A stretch of DNA of 64,000 nucleotides. Source: an uncultured delta proteobacterium. GTDB taxonomy: Bacteria; Myxococcota_A; Polyangia; Polyangiales; Polyangiaceae. The stretch spans positions 800,001-864,000 of the forward strand of contig CAWJCS010000002.1 in the NCBI GenBank assembly GCA_963841435.1, given 5' to 3'. This document shows positions 56,810 through 64,000 of this stretch, piece by piece; within the stretch, counting starts at the first letter, position 1; every line of letters begins with the position of its first letter. The notes under the pieces were generated by a model. It was not told where the DNA came from and searched no databases. It worked only from the letters and a program-made list of their open reading frames with translations. Position numbers and translations under genes: made by a program.

Positions 56810-57139
56810 GTGACCGACCTCGAGCGGAGCATGCTCGCGGCGATTGCGTCGGGCGCGACCGTCGCGGAGGTCGCGACAGAATTTGGTGCCGACGTGGACG
56901 CCGTGCGCGCACTCGCGGGCGAGCCGGAACCGCCGGGCGCACCCGCAAAGGCGGCACGCACGCGCCGCGCCGCAAAACCGCTATCGCCAATCGAGCGGCG
57001 CGCGATTGCGATTGCAAAAGCTCTGCCGTCGTTGGATTGTGTCGCGTGGCACGCGCGCCAGCATGGCGGCCCGCACACTCGAAATCATGGCTACGGCTGC
57101 GCCACAATTGTTGGCGGCGTGTTGACGCGCCGGATCTAG
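56810..57139 (+). CDS. Small HTH-containing hypothetical protein
   Basis: IASGATVAEVATEFGADVDAVRAL; RBS GGAGG before GTG. Confidence 0.5.
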   Translation: MTDLERSMLAAIASGATVAEVATEFGADVDAVRALAGEPEPPGAPAKAARTRRAAKPLSPIERRAIAIAKALPSLDCVAWHARQHGGPHTRNHGYGCATIVGGVLTRRI

Positions 57140-57205
57140 TCGCTCCAATAAACGAGAGCGCTTGCCAATGCGCGGGAGCGTGTCAGAATGCCTGGTATAC
57201 CAGCC

Positions 57206-57803
57206 ATGTCCCGCACCACCTTCGTACTTTCCACCCGCGTTGACCGCGCGACCGCACTCCGGGTCGCCGCTTACTGCGCTTCGCGCTCGCTAAGCACGTT
57301 CAACAATGATTCGGCTCGGCGCCGAAACTGTACTCGCGTCCTCCGCTGACGTGCCTAACGTCGATTGGGCGAAGCAGCTCGAAGCGGTTCGCGTTGCCCT
57401 CGGGCTACCCGCGAGCGTGACTAGTGAGGAGGTCGTCGCGGTACTCGAAGACGTTTTGAGCCGCTTCGCCGAGGCGCAGCAAGTTGACCAGTCGCAATCG
57501 CCAACAGGCGGTATCGCCGATCCCGCGCCCGTATCAGCGGCCCGCGCTAAATCGCTTCTCGAGCCGTGGAACGCGCCGGAGCCGCGCAAACTCTCGCGCA
57601 AAGAAGTTGACGCGTGTCGCGCTCGCGGCATGACCGAGAGCGAGTACCGCGAACGCCTCGCCGCATCCGTGCGACGCAATGGCGAGCTCGCCGCGCCCGC
57701 GCCGCGTGGGCGCACGGACGCGGAAATTGCTGCTTGCGTCACGCGCGGCATGAGCGCCGAAGATTATGCGGCCGCAAAATGTGCGGCCGTGCGCCGTCGA
57801 TAA
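57206..57803 (+). CDS. Ribbon-helix-helix + Mu gpI/gpZ-like scaffolding-type protein (one +1 frameshift near 57300)
   Basis: MSRTTFVLSTRVDRATALRVAAYCASRSLST..MIRLGAE (RHH-like); VRVALGLPASVTSEEVVAVL; duplicated LSRKEVDACRARGMTESEY / RTDAEIAACVTRGMSAEDYAAAK. Confidence 0.55.
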
Positions 57804-57811
57804 GGAACCCA

Positions 57812-58579
57812 ATGAACCCCCACATCAACCCCTCCCTCACCGACCGCCTGCATACGCCCGCCGCCGACCTGCTTGCGTGGCGCGACGGTTCGCGCGAGCT
57901 TCACGAGAATTACCTCGTCCAGATCGACGCGGCACTCGCGGACCTGCACGGACGCAAAGACCACGCCGGCAAGTGGGCGCGTGCGGAGCTCGTGACCGAA
58001 CGAAAGACCGTCGCCGATGCGATCGCGGCCGCACCGTCGATAGACGCGGAACGTGCGGCGCTGGCCAGCGCGCTCGACGAATGTACCAAGCGCTCGGCCG
58101 CGGTAACCGTCGCCTCCGAGGTTGACGAGCTCATGCGAGCACGCGCGGCGCTTACGCTCGCGAATCGCGCCGCCGGCGTCGCGCGCGACGCGTTCGTCAA
58201 GGCCGCCGCCACATCTAGATTGCCGGCAATCGGCAAATATCCGTTGCACGCTGGTGTCGCGAAAGCGGCCGATTCGCGCAGCGATCGCGCACTGGCCGAC
58301 GCTGAGAACACATTGTTCACCCGCTATAATGGGCCCGGTTACGCCTGTGCTGGTGTTGACCTCGCCACGCAGGACGGCGCGCGCGTCGAGCCCAATGTAA
58401 TGCCTTGGGTTGTCGCCGATGAGGCGCACTACGAGCTCGCTCACGGCGACTTCCCGATTCCATTTAGGCTCCGCTGGGAGCGCTTTGCCGGTATCAACGG
58501 GTTGCCGTTCGACGAGATCGATTTAGATGAACTCATCGCCCTGGTTAGCGAGGAAGCTCGCGGGACTGCCGCGGAATGA
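57812..58579 (+). CDS. Hypothetical alpha-helical protein of the satellite
   Basis: Intact ORF, RBS TAAGGA overlapping the upstream stop. Confidence 0.6.
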   Translation: MNPHINPSLTDRLHTPAADLLAWRDGSRELHENYLVQIDAALADLHGRKDHAGKWARAELVTERKTVADAIAAAPSIDAERAALASALDECTKRSAAVTVASEVDELMRARAALTLANRAAGVARDAFVKAAATSRLPAIGKYPLHAGVAKAADSRSDRALADAENTLFTRYNGPGYACAGVDLATQDGARVEPNVMPWVVADEAHYELAHGDFPIPFRLRWERFAGINGLPFDEIDLDELIALVSEEARGTAAE

Positions 58580-58814
58580 TGACCGGCGCCGACGTGGCCG
58601 CGCTTGCGGCGCAAGGGCGACTCGCCGCGACGCTCGCGGCCGAGCCGTTCGACGCGTTCGAGGATGCGATTGAGCGCGCCCGGGCCGACCTTTTGGAGCT
58701 GGCCGTTCTACGTGCCGAGCTTGCCCGCGTTCGCGCCCGCGAGCGGCGATGACTTCGGGGCGGTCGGCTTCGTTCATGGGCCAGCCGCCTCGTCTAACTC
58801 CCATGGGTGACACG

Positions 58815-58967
58815 ATGCAACTAGACGACCCCCGTACCCCCGCCGAACGGATTCGCGGCGAGAGCGTCGAACAAGTGCGTGCGCGACTTGAGGCGCGTCG
58901 CGAGCGCAAGGCCGTCGCCAAGGCAAAGCGAGCCGCGCGCAAAGCGTACCGAGCGGGGGCGCGCTAG
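58815..58967 (+). CDS. Small basic hypothetical protein
   Basis: MQLDDPRTPAERIRGESVEQVRARLEARR...; stop abuts the next ATG. Confidence 0.4.
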   Translation: MQLDDPRTPAERIRGESVEQVRARLEARRERKAVAKAKRAARKAYRAGAR

Positions 58968-59366
58968 ATGGCGGCGCTTACACTCAGCCAATTACGGGCG
59001 CGCCACGACGCACTGAGTCCGAGCGCCTGCCATGGGGAGCGCGCATCGCTCAGATGCCGCGGGCGCTTGCTCGCAAAGAAGCTCGGCATTGACCCGCCCG
59101 CGTGGACGGCAAAACTGCAAAAGCCCGCGCGCCTAGCCGCGCAACGTGGGGAGCGGCCCTCGACTTCGCGAGGGCGCGAGCGAGGCCGTCGAGCCAGAAA
59201 CGCGCAACCAGTTGTGTGGGCGCCCGAGCTGAGCGACTTACGCGGCGTCCTTCCGACAGGCTCGTGTGTGGCCGTTAGCGCGCGCGGCGTGATCGTCAAC
59301 ATTGTGGGCGCCAAACGCCGGCGATTCCTGAGCGTGGACGACGCGCTCGCGGCGGTGCGGTCGTGA
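58968..59366 (+). CDS. Hypothetical basic protein
   Basis: Translationally coupled on both sides (TAG-ATG; GTGA overlap). Confidence 0.45.
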   Translation: MAALTLSQLRARHDALSPSACHGERASLRCRGRLLAKKLGIDPPAWTAKLQKPARLAAQRGERPSTSRGRERGRRARNAQPVVWAPELSDLRGVLPTGSCVAVSARGVIVNIVGAKRRRFLSVDDALAAVRS

Positions 59367-59596
59367 GCGAGGTCGTGGTCAAGGTGGTTCGCGTGCAGGG
59401 CCTTAGCGCCGCCCGCTACGCGGCCGTTGACGGCACTATGCCGTCGCGCGACTTACTGGCCGCGTTGATGGCATGGTGCGACGCAGGGCACGCCACGCGG
59501 GCGCGAATGCTACGCGAGCGCTTCACGAAGCTGCTCCGTGAAGCACCGGCCGGGCACTTTCACTTGGTTGCGGGGCCGCATAAGGCGGGAAGCTAG
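59363..59596 (+). CDS. Small hypothetical protein
   Basis: GTGA overlap with the upstream ORF. Confidence 0.4.
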   Translation: MSEVVVKVVRVQGLSAARYAAVDGTMPSRDLLAALMAWCDAGHATRARMLRERFTKLLREAPAGHFHLVAGPHKAGS

Positions 59597-59811
59597 ACGC
59601 GGGCGCGCGTGGCCTTGGCGGCGGTTCGCGAGCGTGGACGCGACCGTGGCCGCGGTCGCGTGAGCGGGGCCCCGGCAGCTAGGGGTAAGGGGTCTTACCC
59701 GCGTCGTATTCGTGATATACCGTATCGATATCGCGTATTTGCGCGGCATATGCCGCGGAGGGGGCTTGCGCGGCCGTCCGCGCGCCTGCAAAGTATCCGC
59801 AGGTGCATAAC

Positions 59812-60006
59812 ATGCGAGACGAGGTCCTAGCACCGCAGGATCTGGCGGAACGCGCCCGTGAGAAGCAGGCGTCGAGGGATGCCGACTATGCGCGTATTGC
59901 CGCCGATGCAAGCGCTGTGGAAGCGGTGCGGGCTGAGAACGCGTTCATTCCCGCCGAGTATTGTCGGGGGCGCATTGATTGGTCACGCAGCAGACCGCGC
60001 ATCTGA
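59812..60006 (+). CDS. Small putative antitoxin preceding a nucleotidyltransferase
   Basis: REKQASRDADYARIAAD...VRAENAF; RBS AGGTG; overlaps the next gene. Confidence 0.6.
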   Translation: MRDEVLAPQDLAERAREKQASRDADYARIAADASAVEAVRAENAFIPAEYCRGRIDWSRSRPRI

Positions 60007-60764
60007 TTCAATTTCCGGGGGTTGTCCGCCTACTTGAACGACTTGGGGACGTTCCGCATCGGGTTGTTCTCATCGGCGGGCAGGCGCTGAACGTTTGGTG
60101 CAATCGCTACGCGGGCACAGTTCAGGTAGGACCGTGGCTTCCAGCGAGCAAAGATGTGGACTTCCAGGGAACCTCAACCGACGCAAGGTACGTCGCAGAA
60201 AAACTACGAGGGGGACGTTACCGTCGCGACGATGGATGAAGCACGCGGTCACGTCGCGATCGTGCGCGTTTCTGATAGCGACGGGGCGGAGATTATTCTC
60301 GATCTTCTCGACGCGCCGTTCGGACTCAAGCCAGAAAGGCTATAAGCGAGCGCTCCCGCTATCGCTCCCAGTCTGCAAACGGCTCGATCGTCCTACACGT
60401 AATGCACCCTATTCACTGTCTTGCGAGTCGCCTGCACAATGAAGAATTTGGCCTTCCGCAGCAGTACGACAACGAGCACGGCCGGGCACAGCTGCGAGCA
60501 GCCATTGAGTGCGCGCGAGCGTCGATCCTGGAGCAACTTGGCGAGGGTCACACGCGACCGGCTCTACAGGACGCAAAGGAAGTTTGGGCGCTCGCCACGC
60601 ACTCTCGTGGAATCAAAGCGTTTCATTCGAAGGGCATCGATGTATTCGAGGCCGTTCCGCGAGATCCAAGGTGGCCGAAGTTGTTCCAGGAACGGGAATT
60701 TCCCAAGTTGCAAACGCAGCTCGGTGCGAAGCGGGAAACGCGCAAAAGACGCGACGCGCGATAG
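59979..60764 (+). CDS. Nucleotidyltransferase-fold putative toxin (frameshifted)
   Basis: VLIGGQALNVW, SKDVDF, IILDLLDAPFGL, MHPIHCLASRLHN across three frames; lower GC than the host. Confidence 0.7.
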
Positions 60765-61013
60765 CGCCCGGTCGCTAGGCGCAACTCGGCTCACGGGCTG
60801 GCCTTTCCGCTACCCTCGACCGATCCCCCAAGCGCATAACGCTGGTCGAGGGTAGCAGGAAAGGCCAGCCACACTGAACGACATTTCTGAAATGATATCG
60901 GAGTCGTATCGATGGGGTGAGCTGCCCAGGCGTAGTGTACCTCTATTCTTCAATAGAGGAATGATTGCCAGCATTGCGGGATTCGTGTACCTGATCTGAA
61001 TATTGTTCCCAGT

Positions 61014-61385
61014 ATGGGTCGAAACGAGATCGTCCAAGTGGCCTTCAAGGCCGAGGAGGTGGCCCGTGTACGAAGGGAGGGCGCTGAAATGCTGGGGTTG
61101 TCGCTCGCGGCGTACGTCCGGAGGTTGGTGATGTCCACGATCTCCGCGAGGGCTTGGTGGTCGCCCCCGATGATGGGTGCGATGACGGTGGGTGCGGTTC
61201 GAAGCAATGGCGCGAGCCTCATGCGCCGGAACGATCCGGATTTCATTCTCGAGCGCGTGAGTGAAGCCGCGTACCGCTTTCGCGTGTACGTCGGAAGCGA
61301 CGGCTCACCCTTGATGCTCTCCGAGCTTCAAACGTTGAACATCTTTTCGCAGCTCAAGTGGGGCCGAGATCGTGATCGCAGGTAG
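61014..61385 (+). CDS. Hypothetical protein with N-terminal RHH-like motif (probably extends to about 61540 after a frameshift)
   Basis: IVQVAFKAEEVARVRREGAEMLGLSLAAYVRRLV. Confidence 0.45.
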   Translation: MGRNEIVQVAFKAEEVARVRREGAEMLGLSLAAYVRRLVMSTISARAWWSPPMMGAMTVGAVRSNGASLMRRNDPDFILERVSEAAYRFRVYVGSDGSPLMLSELQTLNIFSQLKWGRDRDRR

Positions 61386-61535
61386 TGAGCGATCTCTGGC
61401 AGATTGGAGAACGTTCTTTGAGGATGCGGAGACGGGCCAAATCGAGTGGACCCTAATTCTGATCGACGTGACAACTGGGACTTGTTCACGCCCGAACGTC
61501 CCGCCCCACAGCCTCATCGATAACCGCCGCGCGCA

Positions 61536-62891
61536 ATGACCGACGACGCTCCGGCCCTCGAGAAGCTCGCCGATGGCTCCGGCTATCGCGTCCGCGTGCG
61601 TTGCGGCAAGGCTCGCACCCGATATCGCATCCCGTACGAACTGACGAGCACTTCGCGGGCTAAGCGCGCGGCCGTGCTCGTGGAGCTAGGCGCGGCGCTC
61701 GGCGAATGAGCCGCCCGAGCTCGCGCGAGCTTGGCTGACGGACGCGGCCGCTGCCGACGGGCCCGGGCTCGCGCGCATTCGCGCGGCCGTAGCGAAGCTC
61801 GCGAGCGGCGCGGTCAAGGTCAAGCGCAAGGCCGAGAACCCGCGCGCCACGTGGACCGTCCGCGAGCTCGGCGAGGCGTGGACGGATGGCACGCTGGCGA
61901 AGGACTACCCCGACCAAGTGAAGGTGCGCGCGTCCGCGAGCGACGACGTGAGCCGGCTCGAGGCGCACGTTTACCCCGTGATTGGTTCGGCGCTCGTTCG
62001 CGCCGTTACGCTCGAGGATTGCGAGCGCGTCATGCGGTCGATCAAGGGTGAGCGCCGCGCGAAGCTCTCACCGGGTACGCGGCGGCATGTCGCGCTCGCG
62101 CTCAACCGTCTTCTAAACCTCGCCGTGTACCCGCTCAAATCCGTGACGGGAACCCGATCCGCGGCAAGGGTTCCTGCCTCGCAAGCCCGACCTGCGAGCG
62201 CTCGCGCTCGCCCACTTGTACCCGGCAGCGAGGACGCCGCGCTCATGGCGTGCGAGGACGTGCCGATTGAGCGCCGTCTGCTTTGGGGTTTCTTGGCGCG
62301 TGAAGGCATGCGCGTTTCGGAGGTGCTCTCGCTCCGGTGGACGGACCTCGACCTTGAACGCGGTGCGGTCGCGCTCGACGAGAACAAAACGGACGAGCCG
62401 CGGGCGTGGGCGCTGGCGCCCGGCGTAGCCGGCGCGCTCGCGCACTTCCACCAGCGGCGCGACCCGGAACGCGTGCTCGTGTTCGAGCAGCCCCCCGAGC
62501 CCGAACGCCTGGCGACGTGGCTTCGCGCCGACCTAAAGGCCGCGGGCGTCCACCGGCCGGCGCTGCATACGCGCGGCAAGGCCCGCCTGGCGATACGGGC
62601 GCACGACCTTCGGGCCTCGTTCGTGACCGTGGGCTTGGCGTGCGGGCGCTCGGAGGCGTGGATCACCGACCGCACTGGGCATCGCTCCCATGAGATGGTG
62701 ACCGCTACCGGCGCGCGGCGCGCCAGGCGTCCGAGCTAGGGCTAGGTGACTGGGCGCCCTTGGATGTCGCGCTAGGGCTCGCCAAGCCATCGCCTCCGCC
62801 GGGTGGCCGCAAGCGCGCCAGCGCCCCACGTGGCCGCCGTGGGACAGCTAGTGGGACAGCTGGGCGCGCCCGAAAGGATTCGAACCTTTGA
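61536..62891 (+). CDS. int: Tyrosine recombinase/integrase (frameshifted), C-terminus overlaps att
   Basis: N-terminal GYRVRVRCG arm-binding-like segment; EGMRVSE (R), NKT (K), AHDLRAS (HxxR), TGHRS (H), RYRR (Y, shifted frame) running to TGA 62889-62891. Confidence 0.88.
62839..62861 (+). repeat. Tandem 11-bp direct repeat, candidate integrase arm-type sites
   Basis: GTGGGACAGCT at 62839 and 62851 (12-bp period), next to the att core. Confidence 0.55.
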
Positions 62892-62938
62892 CCTACGGCT
62901 CCGGAGGCCGTCGCTCTATCCAGCTGAGCTACGGGCGC
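62865..62938 (-). tRNA. tRNA-Arg (anticodon CCG), integration target
   Basis: GCGCCCGTAGCTCAGCTGGATAGAGCGACGGC-CTCCGGA-GCCGTAGGTCAAAGGTTCGAATCCTTTCGGGCGCG. Confidence 0.95.
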
Positions 62939-63092
62939 TTGATGGTCGCTACGTCCCCCGCGGGGGAGGGGTCTTTTAGCGCAACCTCGGGGTCCGCGAA
63001 ACCCTTCGTTCGGGGGCGGCGTGGAACGGCGCGCGGTGGCGCCCGGCAGCCGACGCGCACTGGTCGCCCCTCAATCCAAGCGGGCAGCGAGC

Positions 63093-63798
63093 TCAGCGCC
63101 GTGCGCCGCGGCGCTTGGTGCGCGCTTTCGTCTTCGTAGCGCGTTTCTTGGGCGGCCGTCTTTTTCGGAGGGCGCGCCGTCGTCGCTTTGGGTGCCAGGC
63201 GCTGCTTCGCACGCGGTTTTCGCACGGGCTGCTTCCCCGCTTTCGTCTTCGTAGCGCGTTTCTTGGGCGGCCCCTTTTTCGGACGGCGCGCCGTCGTCGC
63301 CTTGGGTGCCAGGCGCTGCTTCGCGGGCGGTTTTCGCGCGGACCGCTGCTGTGATTGGGGCTCGGAGCGCTTCTGCACTTTGGCTTTTCGGCGCGGCGCG
63401 AAGCGAAGCTCGGGGCGCCGTGATGGGGGAGCGGGAGGCTCGGGCTTGATGTTCGGCTTACCTTTGGGCTTGAGGCTCGCGAGGTAGCGCATGCCGCGGA
63501 CGATCCATTGCTTGAGCTCGTGATCCTCGAACGTGCCGGGCTGCACGGCGACGTACTCCTTCATTTCGCGACCCATGGGCTTGAAGGGCTCGGCGCCCGC
63601 AGCGATGCAGGCCGCGCGATCGGCGGCGTCGAGGTGCAACATGAGCACGTTCTGGAAGACGCCCACGAGCATGTGGCCATTGAGGAAGCGACAGGGCATG
63701 CCGAACATGCGGCGCGTTTCCAGCGGTGCCCCGGGTGCCAGGCGCTCGAAGTAAGCGAGGGTGGCCCGAGAGGGCTTGACCCATTTCATGCTCGCCAT
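63093..63798 (-). CDS. TfoX/Sxy N-terminal-domain protein with Lys/Arg-rich histone-H1-like tail (frameshift near 63160)
   Basis: [38 protein letters not shown]; tail has a repeat of about 115 bp; corrected frame stops at 63093. Confidence 0.75.
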
Positions 63799-63882
63799 GA
63801 CCCCGGACCCTTGCTCCGCGCCGCTCCGGGCGCAAGCCAGAGCTCGGCCAGGAACGCAGGGGCCGGCACCGGGAACGGCGCT

Positions 63883-64000
63883 ATGCTCTGGCACGTGGAA
63901 ACGACCATCGTCCCCTGCCTCAGGGACAACTACGCCTATCTGGTCCGAGCGCCCGGCAGTCGCGAGGCGCTGATCGTCGACCCCGGCGAGGCGGCGCCGA
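63883..64000 (+). CDS. gloB: Hydroxyacylglutathione hydrolase (glyoxalase II), 5' part
   Basis: VETTIVPCLRDNYAYLV...ALIVDPGEAAP. Confidence 0.8.
   Translation, partial: MLWHVETTIVPCLRDNYAYLVRAPGSREALIVDPGEAAP

Noticed and set aside
62929-63092. TfoX-like ORF extending into tRNA-Arg
   Set aside because: Comparison with the upstream repeat unit shows a frameshift near 63160; the corrected frame stops at 63093

Overview
GC-rich bacterial chromosome segment whose gene content (many Ser/Thr kinases, PEGA, VWA and Gly-rich lipoproteins, MYXO-CTERM-like tails, type III glutamine synthetase) points to a myxobacterium, probably Polyangiaceae/Sorangiineae-like; this is an inference. Many single-base frameshifts at about 2.5-14 kb and 44-63 kb, and few at 14.5-43.9 kb, suggest a long-read or MAG assembly with uneven polishing. 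Layout: (1) 1-14.3 kb: triple Cu-SOD-like protein and a signalling cluster (sigma54-promoter LuxR-type gene, sigma54 activator, three kinases, secreted Cys-rich proteins). (2) tRNA-Leu(CAA), an orphan DNA methyltransferase and a catabolic cluster with an unusual maleylacetate reductase + alpha/beta-hydrolase + homogentisate dioxygenase triple fusion coupled to a BKACE gene. (3) 24-43.9 kb: core-like genes (GH1, GS-III, YqeY, ABC-F, Prx5, diheme cytochrome). (4) About 43.9-62.9 kb: an integration hot spot at tRNA-Arg(CCG). It holds a patchwork of gene fragments, a tRNA-Glu-type 3' scar, a nucleotidyltransferase pair, about 3.2 copies of a 148-bp tRNA-linked repeat and an about 11.6-kb phage-satellite-like element. 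The element has a 43-bp att duplication, a tyrosine integrase reading into att, a primase-helicase followed by phased GTGTGC iterons, and an RHH + Mu-type scaffold-like protein, but no recognisable capsid or tail genes. A 2-kb poly(A)/poly(T) tract at the att junction is most likely an artefact. The window ends with a TfoX-like gene and the start of gloB.
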